DNA of 64,000 bases from Auanema rhodensis (lineage: Eukaryota; Animalia; Nematoda): positions 18,290,001 through 18,354,000 of the forward strand of contig OZ059894.1 in NCBI GenBank assembly GCA_964057225.1, in the 5' to 3' direction. Below are positions 31,301 to 47,192 of this stretch, one piece after another. The position numbers and the translations under genes were made by a program. The notes beneath the pieces were generated by a model. It did not search any database and had not been told where the DNA came from. It worked only from the letters and a program-made list of their open reading frames with translations. Positions within the stretch are counted from its first letter, which is position 1. Every line of letters begins with the position of its first letter.

Positions 31301-31800
31301 TTATCTTTCACGTGAAGCGAGTTACATACCATGTGCACATCACGTGTACATTTAATTAGCATAAATTAAAGTTCACGTAAATTTCAAAGTCATGGTTACC
31401 ATGCACCAATATCAATAAAAATTTGTTTTTAGTCTAATATGGCCATGCGGAATGTAATTATAAAAACCGCATCTCTTTATCTTTCACGGAGAGCGAGTTA
31501 CATACCATGTGCACATCACGTGTACATTTAATTAGCATGAATTAAAGTTCACGTAAATTTCAAAGTCATGGTTACCATGCACCAGTATCAATGAAAATTT
31601 GTTTTTGGACTAATATGGCCATAGGGAATCTAATTTTCAAAACCCCATCTTTTTATCTATTACGGAAAGCGAGTTACATACCATGTGCCCATCACGTGTA
31701 CATTTAATTAGCATAAATTAAAGTTCACGTAAATTTCAAAGTCATGGTTACCATGCACCAGTATCAATGAAAATTTATTTTTGGACTATTATGGCCATAG
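17780..31800. repeat. Large tandem duplication: 38-monomer copy (~17780-24440, 6658 bp) followed by 42-monomer copy (~24440-31800, 7360 bp)
   Basis: S monomers 18607/20005/21051 map to 25265/26663/27709 (+6658). Shared rare SNPs include TAATAAGC, CATTCGAT, GCATAAGTTA, AATTTCGAA, AATCAGC and AGCATGAATT. The offset becomes 7360 after the 4 extra monomers at 29811-30512. Confidence 0.92.
30163..30336. repeat. 174-bp monomer (2-bp deletion in TCTC)
   Basis: CCGCATCTTTATCT at ~30237-30250 versus consensus CCGCATCTCTTTATCT; register shifts by 2. Confidence 0.95.
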
Positions 31801-32139
31801 GGAATCTAATTTTGAAAACGGCATCTCTTCATCTTTGAGTTACATACCATGTGTACATCACGTGTACATTTAATTAGCATAAATTAAAGTTCACGTAAAT
31901 TTCAAAGTCATGGTTACCATGCACCAGTATCAATGAAAATTTGTTTTTAGACTAATATGGACATGGGGAATCTAATTTTGAAAACCGCATCTCTTTATCT
32001 TTCACGGGAAGCGAGTTACATACCATGTGCACATCACGTGTACATTTAATTAGCATAAATTAAAGTTCACGTAATTTTCAAAGTCATGGTTACCATGCAC
32101 CAATATCGATAAAAATTTGTTTTTAGACTAATATGGACA

Positions 32140-35100
32140 TGGGGAATCTAATTTTGAAAACCGAATCTCTTTATCTTTTACGGAAATCGAGTTGCATACC
32201 ATGTGCACATCACCTGTACATTTGATTAGCATAAATTAAAGTTCACGTAAATTTCAAAGTCATGGTTACCATGCACCAATATCAATTAAAATTTGTTTTT
32301 AGTCTAATATGGACATGGGGAATCTAATTGTGAAAACCGCATCTCTTTATCTTTCACGGAAATCGAGTTGCATACCATGTGCACATCACCTGTACATTTG
32401 ATTAGCATAAATTAAAGTTCACGTAAATTTCAAAGTCATGGTTACCATGCACCAATATCAATTAAAATTTGTTTTTAGTCTAATATGGCCATGCGGAATG
32501 TAATTATAAAAACCGCATCTCTTTATCTTTCACGGAGAGCGAGTTACATACCATGTGCACATCACTTGTACATTTAATTAGCATAAATTAAAGTTCACGT
32601 AAATTTCAAAGTCATGGTTACCATGCACCAGTATCAATGAAAATTTGTTTTTGGACTAATATGGCCATAGGGAATCTAATTTTCAAAACCCCATCTTTTT
32701 ATCTATTACGGAAAGCGAGTTACATACCATGTGCCCATCACGTGTACATTTAATTAGCATAAATTAAAGTTCACGTAAATTTCAAAGTCATGGTTACCAT
32801 GCACCAGTATCAATGAAAATTTGTTTTTAGACTAATATGGACATGGGGAATCTAATTTTGAAAACCGCATCTCTTTATCTTTCACGGGAAGCGAGTTACA
32901 TACCATGTGCACATCACGTGTACATTTAATTAGCATAAATTAAAGTTCACGTAATTTTCAAAGTCATGGTTACCATGCACCAATATCGATAAAAATTTGT
33001 TTTTAGACTAATATGGACATGGGGAATCTAATTTTGAAAACCGCATCTCTTTATCTTTTACGGAAATCGAGTTGCATACCATGTGCACATCACCTGTACA
33101 TTTGATTAGCATAAATTAAAGTTCACGTAAATTTCAAAGTCATGGTTACCATGCACCAGTATCAATGAAAATTTGTTTTTAGACTAATATGGACATGGGG
33201 AATCTAATTTTGAAAACCGCATCTCTTTATCTTTCACGGAAAGCGAGTTACATACCATGTGCCCATCACGTGTACATTTAATTAGCATAAATTAAAGTTC
33301 ACGTAAATTTCAAAGTCATGGTTACCATGCACCAATATCGATAAAAATTTGTTTTTAGACTAATATGGACATGGGGAATCTAATTTTGAAAACCGCATCT
33401 CTTTATCTTTTACGGAAATCGAGTTGCATTCCATGTGCACATCACCTGTACATTTGATTAGCATAAATTAAAGTTCACGTAAATTTCAAAGTCATGGTTA
33501 CCATGCACCAATATCAATTAAAATTTGTTTTTAGTCTAATATGGCCATGCGGAATGTAATTATAAAAACCGCATCTCTTTATCTTTCACGGAGAGCGAGT
33601 TACATACCATGTGCACATCACTTGTACATTTAATTAGCATAAATTAAAGTTCACGTAAATTTCAAAGTCATGGTTACCATGCACCAGTATCAATGAAAAT
33701 TTGTTTTTAGACTAATATGGCCATGGGGAATCTAATTTTGAAAACCGAATCTCTTTATCTTTTACGGAAATCGAGTTGCATACCATGTGCACATCACCTG
33801 TACATTTGATTAGCATAAATTAAAGTTCACGTAAATTTCAAAGTCATGGTTACCATGCACCAATATCAATTAAAATTTGTTTTTAGTCTAATATGGACAT
33901 GGGGAATCTAATTGTGAAAACCGCATCTCTTTATCTTTCACGGAAATCGAGTTGCATACCATGTGCACATCACCTGTACATTTGATTAGCATAAATTAAA
34001 GTTCACGTAAATTTCAAAGTCATGGTTACCATGCACCAATATCAATTAAAATTTGTTTTTAGTCTAATATGGCCATGCGGAATGTAATTATAAAAACCGC
34101 ATCTCTTTATCTTTCACGGAGAGCGAGTTACATACCATGTGCACATCACTTGTACATTTAATTAGCATAAATTAAAGTTCACGTAAATTTCAAAGTCATG
34201 GTTACCATGCACCAGTATCAATGAAAATTTGTTTTTGGACTAATATGGCCATAGGGAATCTAATTTTCAAAACCCCATCTTTTTATCTATTACGGAAAGC
34301 GAGTTACATACCATGTGCCCATCACGTGTACATTTAATTAGCATAAATTAAAGTTCACGTAAATTTCAAAGTCATGGTTACCATGCACCAGTATCAATGA
34401 AAATTTGTTTTTAGACTAATATGGACATGGGGAATCTAATTTTGAAAACCGCATCTCTTTATCTTTCACGGGAAGCGAGTTACATACCATGTGCACATCA
34501 CGTGTACATTTAATTAGCATAAATTAAAGTTCACGTAATTTTCAAAGTCATGGTTACCATGCACCAATATCGATAAAAATTTGTTTTTAGACTAATATGG
34601 ACATGGGGAATCTAATTTTGAAAACCGCATCTCTTTATCTTTTACGGAAATCGAGTTGCATACCATGTGCACATCACCTGTACATTTGATTAGCATAAAT
34701 TAAAGTTCACGTAAATTTCAAAGTCATGGTTACCATGCACCAGTATCAATGAAAATTTGTTTTTAGACTAATATGGACATGGGGAATCTAATTTTGAAAA
34801 CCGCATCTCTTTATCTTTCACGGAAAGCGAGTTACATACCATGTGCCCATCACGTGTACATTTAATTAGCATAAATTAAAGTTCACGTAAATTTCAAAGT
34901 CATGGTTACCATGCACCAATATCGATAAAAATTTGTTTTTAGACTAATATGGACATGGGGAATCTAATTTTGAAAACCGCATCTCTTTATCTTTTACGGA
35001 AATCGAGTTGCATTCCATGTGCACATCACCTGTACATTTGATTAGCATAAATTAAAGTTCACGTAAATTTCAAAGTCATGGTTACCATGCACCAATATCA

Positions 35101-35320
35101 ATTAAAATTTGTTTTTAGTCTAATATGGCCATGCGGAATGTAATTATAAAAACCGCATCTCTTTATCTTTCACGGAGAGCGAGTTACATACCATGTGCAC
35201 ATCACTTGTACATTTAATTAGCATAAATTAAAGTTCACGTAAATTTCAAAGTCATGGTTACCATGCACCAGTATCAATGAAAATTTGTTTTTAGACTAAT
35301 ATGGCCATGGGGAATCTAAT
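32140..35320. repeat. Tandem duplication of 9 monomers (1584 bp)
   Basis: CCGAATCT at 32161/33745, GCATTCC at 33426/35010, AATTGTGAA in both copies; chimeric junction monomer at 33671. Confidence 0.9.
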
Positions 35321-36544
35321 TTTGAAAACCGCATCTCTTTATCTTTTACGGAAAGCGAGTTACATATCATGTGCACATCACGTGTACATTTAATTAGCAT
35401 AAATTAAAGTTCACGTAAATTTCAAAGTCATGGTTACCATGCGCCTATATCAATAAAAATTTGTTTTTGGACTAATATGGCCATGGGGAATCTAATTTTG
35501 AAAACCGCATCTCTTTATCTTTCACGGGAAGCGAGTTACATACCATGTGCACATCACGTGTACATTTAATTAGCATAAATTAAAGTTCACGTAATTTTCA
35601 AAGTCATGGTTACCATGCACCAATATCGATAAAAATTTGTTTTTAGACTAATATGGACATGGGGAATCTAATTTTGAAAACCGCATCTCTTTATCTTTTA
35701 CGGAAATCGAGTTGCATACCATGTGCACATCACCTGTACATTTGATTAGCATAAATTAAAGTTCACGTAAATTTCAAAGTCATGGTTACCATGCACCAGT
35801 ATCAATGAAAATTTGTTTTTAGACTAATATGGACATGGGGAATCTAATTTTGAAAACCGCATCTCTTTATCTTTCACGGAAAGCGAGTTACATACCATGT
35901 GCCCATCACGTGTACATTTAATTAGCATAAATTAAAGTTCACGTAAATTTCAAAGTCATGGTTACCATGCACCAGTATCAATGAAAATTTGTTTTTAGAC
36001 TAATATGGACATGGGGAATCTAATTTTGAAAACCGCATCTCTTTATCTTTCACGGGAAGCGAGTTACATACCATGTGCACATCACGTGTACATTTAATTA
36101 GCATAAATTAAAGTTCACGTAATTTTCAAAGTCATGGTTACCATGCACCAATATCGATAAAAATTTGTTTTTAGACTAATATGGACATGGGGAATCTAAT
36201 TTTGAAAACCGCATCTCTTTATCTTTTACGGAAATCGAGTTGCATTCCATGTGCACATCACCTGTACATTTGATTAGCATAAATTAAAGTTCACGTAAAT
36301 TTCAAAGTCATGGTTACCATGCACCAATATCAATTAAAATTTGTTTTTAGACTAATATGGACATGGGGAATCTAATTTTGAAAACCGCATCTCTTTATCT
36401 TTCACGGAAAGCGAGTTACATACCATGTGCCCATCACGTGTACATTTAATTAGCATAAATTAAAGTTCACGTAAATTTCAAAGTCATGGTTACCATGCAC
36501 CAGTATCAATGAAAATTTGTTTTTAGACTAATATGGGCATGGGG

Positions 36545-38190
36545 AATCTAATTTTGAAAACCGCATCTCTTTATCTTTCACGGGAAGCGAGTTACATACC
36601 ATGTGCACATCACGTGTACATTTAATTAGCATAAATTAAAGTTCACGTAATTTTCAAAGTCATGGTTACCATGCACCAATATCGATAAAAATTTGTTTTT
36701 AGACTAATATGGACATGGGGAATCTAATTTTGAAAACCGCATCTCTTTATCTTTTACGGAAAGCGAGTTGCATACCATGTGCACATCACGTGTACATTTG
36801 ATTAGCATAAATTAAAGTTCACGTAAATTTCAAAGTCATGGTTACCATGCACCAATATCAATAAAAATTTGTTTTAAGACTAATATGGACATGGGGAATC
36901 TAATTTTGAAAACCGCATCTCTTTATCTTTCACGTGAAGCGAGTTACATACCATGTGCACATCACGTGTACATTTAATTAGCATAAATTAAAGTTCACGT
37001 AAATTTCAAAGTCATGGTTACCATGCACCAATATCAATAAAAATTTGTTTTTAGTCTAATATGGCCATGCGGAATGTAATTATAAAAACCGCATCTCTTT
37101 ATCTTTCACGGAGAGCGAGTTACATACCATGTGCACATCACGTGTACATTTAATTAGCATGAATTAAAGTTCACGTAAATTTCAAAGTCATGGTTACCAT
37201 GCACCAGTATCAATGAAAATTTGTTTTTGGACTAATATGGCCATAGGGAATCTAATTTTCAAAACCCCATCTTTTTATCTATTACGGAAAGCGAGTTACA
37301 TACCATGTGCACATCACTTGTACATTTAATTAGCATAAATTAAAGTTCACGTAAATTTCAAAGTCATGGTTACCATGCACCAGTATCAATGAAAATTTGT
37401 TTTTAGACTAATATGGCCATGGGGAATCTAATTTTGAAAACCGCATCTCTTTATCTTTCACGGGAAGCGAGTTACATACCATGTGCACATCACGTGTACA
37501 TTTAATTAGCATAAATTAAAGTTCACGTAATTTTCAAAGTCATGGTTACCATGCACCAATATCGATAAAAATTTGTTTTTAGACTAATATGGACATGGGG
37601 AATCTAATTTTGAAAACCGCATCTCTTTATCTTTTACGGAAAGCGAGTTGCATACCATGTGCACATCACGTGTACATTTGATTAGCATAAATTAAAGTTC
37701 ACGTAAATTTCAAAGTCATGGTTACCATGCACCAATATCAATAAAAATTTGTTTTAAGACTAATATGGACATGGGGAATCTAATTTTGAAAACCGCATCT
37801 CTTTATCTTTCACGTGAAGCGAGTTACATACCATGTGCACATCACGTGTACATTTAATTAGCATAAATTAAAGTTCACGTAAATTTCAAAGTCATGGTTA
37901 CCATGCACCAATATCAATAAAAATTTGTTTTTAGTCTAATATGGCCATGCGGAATGTAATTATAAAAACCGCATCTCTTTATCTTTCACGGAGAGCGAGT
38001 TACATACCATGTGCACATCACGTGTACATTTAATTAGCATGAATTAAAGTTCACGTAAATTTCAAAGTCATGGTTACCATGCACCAGTATCAATGAAAAT
38101 TTGTTTTTGGACTAATATGGCCATAGGGAATCTAATTTTCAAAACCCCATCTTTTTATCTATTACGGAAAGCGAGTTACATACCATGTGC
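36545..38190. repeat. Tandem duplication of ~5 monomers (offset 880 bp)
   Basis: AGCATGAATT variant G at 37161 and 38041; same type order at 36663 onward and 37543 onward. Confidence 0.8.
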
Positions 38191-40529
38191 CCATCACGTG
38201 TACATTTAATTAGCATAAATTAAAGTTCACGTAAATTTCAAAGTCATGGTTACCATGCACCAGTATCAATGAAAATTTGTTTTTGGACTATTATGGCCAT
38301 AGGGAATCTAATTTTGAAAACGGCATCTCTTCATCTTTGAGTTACATACCATGTGTACATCACGTGTACATTTAATTAGCATAAATTAAAGTTCACGTAA
38401 ATTTCAAAGTCATGGTTACCATGCACCAATATCGATAAAAATTTGTTTTTAGACTAATATGGACATGGGGAATCTAATTTTGAAAACCGCATCTCTTTAT
38501 CTTTCACGGGAAGCGAGTTACATACCATGTGCACATCACGTGTACATTTAATTAGCATAAATTAAAGTTCACGTAATTTTCAAAGTCATGGTTACCATGC
38601 ACCAATATCGATAAAAATTTGTTTTTAGACTAATATGGACATGGGGAATCTAATTTTGAAAACCGCATCTCTTTATCTTTTACGGAAATCGAGTTGCATA
38701 CCATGTGCACATCACCTGTACATTTGATTAGCATAAATTAAAGTTCACGTAAATTTCAAAGTCATGGTTACCATGCACCAGTATCAATGAAAATTTGTTT
38801 TTAGACTAATATGGACATGGGGAATCTAATTTTGAAAACCGCATCTCTTTATCTTTCACGGAAAGCGAGTTACATACCATGTGCCCATCACGTGTACATT
38901 TAATTAGCATAAATTAAAGTTCACGTAAATTTCAAAGTCATGGTTACCATGCACCAGTATCAATGAAAATTTGTTTTTAGACTAATATGGACATGGGGAA
39001 TCTAATTTTGAAAACCGCATCTCTTTATCTTTCACGGGAAGCGAGTTACATACCATGTGCACATCACGTGTACATTTAATTAGCATAAATTAAAGTTCAC
39101 GTAATTTTCAAAGTCATGGTTACCATGCACCAATATCGATAAAAATTTGTTTTTAGACTAATATGGACATGGGGAATCTAATTTTGAAAACCGCATCTCT
39201 TTATCTTTTACGGAAATCGAGTTGCATTCCATGTGCACATCACCTGTACATTTGATTAGCATAAATTAAAGTTCACGTAAATTTCAAAGTCATGGTTACC
39301 ATGCACCAATATCAATTAAAATTTGTTTTTAGTCTAATATGGCCATGCGGAATGTAATTATAAAAACCGCATCTCTTTATCTTTCACGGAGAGCGAGTTA
39401 CATACCATGTGCACATCACTTGTACATTTAATTAGCATAAATTAAAGTTCACGTAAATTTCAAAGTCATGGTTACCATGCACCAGTATCAATGAAAATTT
39501 GTTTTTAGACTAATATGGCCATGGGGAATCTAATTTTGAAAACCGCATCTCTTTATCTGTTACGGAAAGCGAGTTACATATCATGTGCACATCACGTGTA
39601 CATTTAATTAGCATAAATTAAAGTTCACGTAAATTTCAAAGTCATGGTTACCATGCGCCTATATCAATAAAAATTTGTTTTTGGACTAATATGGCCATGG
39701 GGAATCTAATTTTGAAAACCGCATCTCTTTATCTTTTACGGAAAGCGAGTTACATACCATGTGTAAATCACGTGTACATTTAATTAGCATAAATTAAAGT
39801 TCACGTAAATTTCAAAGTCATGGTTACCATGCACCAGTATAAATGAAAATTTGTTTTTGGACTAATATGGCCATAGGGAATCTAATTATGAAAACCGCAT
39901 CTCTTTATCTTTCACGGAGAGCGAGTTACATACCATGTGCACATCACGTGTACATTTAATTAGCATAAATTAAAGTTCACGTAAATTTCAAAGTCATGGT
40001 TACCATGCACCAATATCAATAAAAATTTGTTTTTAGTCTAATATGGCCATGCGGAATGTAATTATAAAAACCGCATCTCTTTATCTTTCACGGAGAGCGA
40101 GTTACATACCATGTGCACATCACGTGTACATTTAATTAGCATGAATTAAAGTTCACGTAAATTTCAAAGTCATGGTTACCATGCACCAGTATCAATGAAA
40201 ATTTGTTTTTGGACTAATATGGCCATAGGGAATCTAATTTTCAAAACCCCATCTTTTTATCTATTACGGAAAGCGAGTTACATACCATGTGCCCATCACG
40301 TGTACATTTAATTAGCATAAATTAAAGTTCACGTAAATTTCAAAGTCATGGTTACCATGCACCAGTATCAATGAAAATTTGTTTTTGGACTATTATGGCC
40401 ATAGGGAATCTAATTTTGAAAACGGCATCTCTTCATCTTTGAGTTACATACCATGTGTACATCACGTGTACATTTAATTAGAATAAATTAAAGTTCACGT
40501 AAATTTCAAAGTCATGGTTACCATGCCCC

Positions 40530-43500
40530 AGTATCAATGAAAATTTGTTTTTAGACTAATATGGACATGGGGAATCTAATTTTGAAAACCGCATCTCTTT
40601 ATCTTTCACGGGAAGCGAGTTACATACCATGTGCACATCACGTGTACATTTAATTAGCATAAATTAAAGTTCACGTAATTTTCAAAGTCATGGTTACCAT
40701 GCACCAATATCGATAAAAATTTGTTTTTAGACTAATATGGACATGGGGAATCTAATTTTGAAAACCGCATCTCTTTATCTTTTACGGAAATCGAGTTGCA
40801 TACCATGTGCACATCACCTGTACATTTGATTAGCATAAATTAAAGTTCACGTAAATTTCAAAGTCATGGTTACCATGCACCAATATCAATTAAAATTTGT
40901 TTTTAGTCTAATATGGACATGGGGAATCTAATTGTGAAAACCGCATCTCTTTATCTTTCACGGAAATCGAGTTGCATACCATGTGCACATCACCTGTACA
41001 TTTGATTAGCATAAATTAAAGTTCACGTAAATTTCAAAGTCATGGTTACCATGCACCAATATCAATTAAAATTTGTTTTTAGTCTAATATGGCCATGCGG
41101 AATGTAATTATAAAAACCGCATCTCTTTATCTTTCACGGAGAGCGAGTTACATACCATGTGCACATCACTTGTACATTTAATTAGCATAAATTAAAGTTC
41201 ACGTAAATTTCAAAGTCATGGTTACCATGCACCAGTATCAATGAAAATTTGTTTTTGGACTAATATGGCCATAGGGAATCTAATTTTCAAAACCCCATCT
41301 TTTTATCTATTACGGAAAGCGAGTTACATACCATGTGCCCATCACGTGTACATTTAATTAGCATAAATTAAAGTTCACGTAAATTTCAAAGTCATGGTTA
41401 CCATGCACCAGTATCAATGAAAATTTGTTTTTAGACTAATATGGACATGGGGAATCTAATTTTGAAAACCGCATCTCTTTATCTTTCACGGGAAGCGAGT
41501 TACATACCATGTGCACATCACGTGTACATTTAATTAGCATAAATTAAAGTTCACGTAATTTTCAAAGTCATGGTTACCATGCACCAATATCGATAAAAAT
41601 TTGTTTTTAGACTAATATGGACATGGGGAATCTAATTTTGAAAACCGCATCTCTTTATCTTTTACGGAAATCGAGTTGCATACCATGTGCACATCACCTG
41701 TACATTTGATTAGCATAAATTAAAGTTCACGTAAATTTCAAAATCATGGTTACCATGCACCAGTATCAATGAAAATTTGTTTTTAGACTAATATGGACAT
41801 GGGGAATCTAATTTTGAAAACCGCATCTCTTTATCTTTCACGGAAAGCGAGTTACATACCATGTGCCCATCACGTGTACATTTAATTAGCATAAATTAAA
41901 GTTCACGTAAATTTCAAAGTCATGGTTACCATGCACCAGTATCAATGAAAATTTGTTTTTAGACTAATATGGACATGGGGAATCTAATTTTGAAAACCGC
42001 ATCTCTTTATCTTTCACGGGAAGCGAGTTACATACCATGTGCACATCACGTGTACATTTAATTAGCATAAATTAAAGTTCACGTAATTTTCAAAGTCATG
42101 GTTACCATGCACCAATATCGATAAAAATTTGTTTTTAGACTAATATGGACATGGGGAATCTAATTTTGAAAACCGCATCTCTTTATCTTTTACGGAAATC
42201 GAGTTGCATTCCATGTGCACATCACCTGTACATTTGATTAGCATAAATTAAAGTTCACGTAAATTTCAAAGTCATGGTTACCATGCACCAATATCAATTA
42301 AAATTTGTTTTTAGTCTAATATGGCCATGCGGAATGTAATTATAAAAACCGCATCTCTTTATCTTTCACGGAGAGCGAGTTACATACCATGTGCACATCA
42401 CTTGTACATTTAATTAGCATAAATTAAAGTTCACGTAAATTTCAAAGTCATGGTTACCATGCACCAGTATCAATGAAAATTTGTTTTTAGACTAATATGG
42501 CCATGGGGAATCTAGTTTTGAAAACCGCATCTCTTTATCTTTTACGGAAAGCGAGTTACATATCATGTGCACATCACGTGTACATTTAATTAGCATAAAT
42601 TAAAGTTCACGTAAATTTCAAAGTCATGGTTACCATGCGCCTATATCAATAAAAATTTGTTTTTGGACTAATATGGCCATGGGGAATCTAATTTTGAAAA
42701 CCGCATCTCTTTATCTTTTACGGAAAGCGAGTTGCATACCATGTGCACATCACGTGTACATTTGATTAGCATAAATTAAAGTTCACGTAAATTTCAAAGT
42801 CATGGTTACCATGCACCAATATCAATAAAAATTTGTTTTAAGACTAATATGGACATGGGGAATCTAATTTTGAAAACCGCATCTCTTTATCTTTTACGGA
42901 AAGCGAGTTGCATACCATGTGCACATCACGTGTACATTTAATTAGCATAAATTAAAGTTCACGTAAATTTCAAAGTCATGGTTACCATGCACCAATATCA
43001 ATAAAAATTTGTTTTTAGTCTAATATGGCCATGCGGAATGTAATTATAAAAACCGCATCTCTTTATCTTTCACGGAGAGCGAGTTACATACCATGTGCAC
43101 ATCACGTGTACATTTAATTAGCATAAATTAAAGTTCACGTAAATTTCAAAGTCATGGTTACCATGCACCAGTATCAATGAAAATTTGTTTTTGGACTAAT
43201 ATGGCCATAGGGAATCTAATTTTCAAAACCCCATCTTTTTATCTATTACGGGAAGCGAGTTACATACCATGTGCCCATCACGTGTACATTTAATTAGCAT
43301 AAATTAAAGTTCACGTAAATTTCAAAGTCATGGTTACCATGCACCAGTATCAATGAAAATTTGTTTTTAGACTAATATGGACATGGGGAATCTAATTTTG
43401 AAAACCGCATCTCTTTATCTTTCACGGGAAGCGAGTTACATACCATGTGCACATCACGTGTACATTTAATTAGCATAAATTAAAGTTCACGTAAATTTCA

Positions 43501-45970
43501 AAGTCATGGTTACCATGCACCAGTATCAATGAAAATTTGTTTTTAGACTAATATGGACATGGGGAATCTAATTTTGAAAACCGCATCTCTTTATCTTTCA
43601 CGGGAAGCGAGTTACATACCATGTGCACATCACGTGTACATTTAATTAGCATAAATTAAAGTTCACGTAATTTTCAAAGTCATGGTTACCATGCACCAAT
43701 ATCGATAAAAATTTGTTTTTAGACTAATATGGACATGGGGAATCTAATTTTGAAAACCGCATCTCTTTATCTTTTACGGAAATCGAGTTGCATACCATGT
43801 GCACATCACCTGTACATTTGATTAGCATAAATTAAAGTTCACGTAAATTTCAAAGTCATGGTTACCATGCACCAATATCAATTAAAATTTGTTTTTAGTC
43901 TAATATGGACATGGGGAATCTAATTGTGAAAACCGCATCTCTTTATCTTTCACGGAAATCGAGTTGCATACCATGTGCACATCACCTGTACATTTGATTA
44001 GCATAAATTAAAGTTCACGTAAATTTCAAAGTCATGGTTACCATGCACCAATATCAATTAAAATTTGTTTTTAGTCTAATATGGCCATGCGGAATGTAAT
44101 TATAAAAACCGCATCTCTTTATCTTTCACGGAGAGCGAGTTACATACCATGTGCACATCACTTGTACATTTAATTAGCATAAATTAAAGTTCACGTAAAT
44201 TTCAAAGTCATGGTTACCATGCACCAGTATCAATGAAAATTTGTTTTTGGACTAATATGGCCATAGGGAATCTAATTTTCAAAACCCCATCTTTTTATCT
44301 ATTACGGTAAGCGAGTTACATACCATGTGCCCATCACGTGTACATTTAATTAGCATAAATTAAAGTTCACGTAAATTTCAAAGTCATGGTTACCATGCAC
44401 CAGTATCAATGAAAATTTGTTTTTAGACTAATATGGACATGGGGAATCTAATTTTGAAAACCGCATCTCTTTATCTTTCACGGGAAGCGAGTTACATACC
44501 ATGTGCACATCACGTGTACATTTAATTAGCATAAATTAAAGTTCACGTAATTTTCAAAGTCATGGTTACCATGCACCAATATCGATAAAAATTTGTTTTT
44601 AGACTAATATGGACATGGGGAATCTAATTTTGAAAACCGCATCTCTTTATCTTTTACGGAAATCGAGTTGCATACCATGTGCACATCACCTGTACATTTG
44701 ATTAGCATAAATTAAAGTTCACGTAAATTTCAAAATCATGGTTACCATGCACCAGTATCAATGAAAATTTGTTTTTAGACTAATATGGACATGGGGAATC
44801 TAATTTTGAAAACCGCATCTCTTTATCTTTCACGGAAAGCGAGTTACATACCATGTGCCCATCACGTGTACATTTAATTAGCATAAATTAAAGTTCACGT
44901 AAATTTCAAAGTCATGGTTACCATGCACCAGTATCAATGAAAATTTGTTTTTAGACTAATATGGACATGGGGAATCTAATTTTGAAAACCGCATCTCTTT
45001 ATCTTTCACGGGAAGCGAGTTACATACCATGTGCACATCACGTGTACATTTAATTAGCATAAATTAAAGTTCACGTAATTTTCAAAGTCATGGTTACCAT
45101 GCACCAATATCGATAAAAATTTGTTTTTAGACTAATATGGACATGGGGAATCTAATTTTGAAAACCGCATCTCTTTATCTTTTACGGAAATCGAGTTGCA
45201 TTCCATGTGCACATCACCTGTACATTTGATTAGCATAAATTAAAGTTCACGTAAATTTCAAAGTCATGGTTACCATGCACCAATATCAATTAAAATTTGT
45301 TTTTAGTCTAATATGGCCATGCGGAATGTAATTATAAAAACCGCATCTCTTTATCTTTCACGGAGAGCGAGTTACATACCATGTGCACATCACTTGTACA
45401 TTTAATTAGCATAAATTAAAGTTCACGTAAATTTCAAAGTCATGGTTACCATGCACCAGTATCAATGAAAATTTGTTTTTAGACTAATATGGCCATGGGG
45501 AATCTAGTTTTGAAAACCGCATCTCTTTATCTTTTACGGAAAGCGAGTTACATATCATGTGCACATCACGTGTACATTTAATTAGCATAAATTAAAGTTC
45601 ACGTAAATTTCAAAGTCATGGTTACCATGCACCAGTATCAATGAAAATTTGTTTTTGGACTAATATGGCCATGGGGAATCTAATTTTGAAAACCGCATCT
45701 CTTTATCTTTTACGGAAAGCGAGTTGCATACCATGTGCACATCACGTGTACATTTGATTAGCATAAATTAAAGTTCACGTAAATTTCAAAGTCATGGTTA
45801 CCATGCACCAATATCAATAAAAATTTGTTTTAAGACTAATATGGACATGGGGAATCTAATTTTGAAAACCGCATCTCTTTATCTTTTACGGAAAGCGAGT
45901 TGCATACCATGTGCACATCACGTGTACATTTAATTAGCATAAATTAAAGTTCACGTAAATTTCAAAGTCA
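40530..45970. repeat. Block duplication, offset 2992 bp (17 monomers): ~40530-42980 repeated at ~43520-45970
   Basis: Private SNPs CAAAATCATGG (41743/44735) and AATCTAGTTT (42515/45507). Confidence 0.88.
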
Positions 45971-47192
45971 TGGTTACCATGCACCAGTATCAATGAAAAT
46001 TTGTTTTTGGACTAATATGGCCATAGGGAATCTAATTTTCAAAACCCCATCTTTTTATCTATTACGGGAAGCGAGTTACATACCATGTGCCCATCACGTG
46101 TACATTTAATTAGCATAAATTAAAGTTCACTTAAATTTCAAAGTCATGGTTACCATGCGCCTATATCAATAAAAATTTGTTTTTAGTCTAATATGGCCAT
46201 AGGGAATCTAATTTTGAAAACGGCATCTCTTCATCTTTGAGTTACATACCATGTGTACATCACGTGTACATTTAATTAGCATAAATTAAAGTTCACGTAA
46301 ATTTCAAAGTCATGGTTACCATGCACCAGTACCAATGAAAATTTGTTTTTAGACTAATATGGACATGGGGAATCTAATTTTGAAAACCGCATCTCTTTAT
46401 CTTTCACGGGAAGCGAGTTACATACCATGTGCACATCACGTGTACATTTAATTAGCATAAATTAAAGTTCACGTAATTTTCAAAGTCATGGTTACCATGC
46501 ACCAATATCGATAAAAATTTGTTTTTAGACTAATATGGACATGGGGAATCTAATTTTGAAAACCGCATCTCTTTATCTTTTACGGAAATCGAGTTGCATA
46601 CCATGTGCACATCACCTGTACATTTGATTAGCATAAATTAAAGTTCACGTAAATTTCAAAGTCATGGTTACCATGCACCAATATCAATTAAAATTTGTTT
46701 TTAGTCTAATATGGACATGGGGAATCTAATTGTGAAAACCGCATCTCTTTATCTTTCACGGAAATCGAGTTGCATCCCATGTGCACATCACCTGTACATT
46801 TGATTAGCATAAATTAAAGTTCACGTAAATTTCAAAGTCATGGTTACCATGCACCAATATCAATTAAAATTTGTTTTTAGTCTAATATGGCCATGCGGAA
46901 TGTAATTATAAAAACCGCATCTCTTTATCTTTCACGGAGAGCGAGTTACATACCATGTGCACATCACTTGTACATTTAATTAGCATAAATTAAAGTTCAC
47001 GTAAATTTCAAAGTCATGGTTACCATGCACCAGTATCAATGAAAATTTGTTTTTGGACTAATATGGCCATAGGGAATCTAATTTTCAAAACCCCATCTTT
47101 TTATCTATTACGGAAAGCGAGTTACATACCATGTGCCCATCACGTGTACATTTAATTAGCATAAATTAAAGTTCACGTAAATTTCAAAGTCA

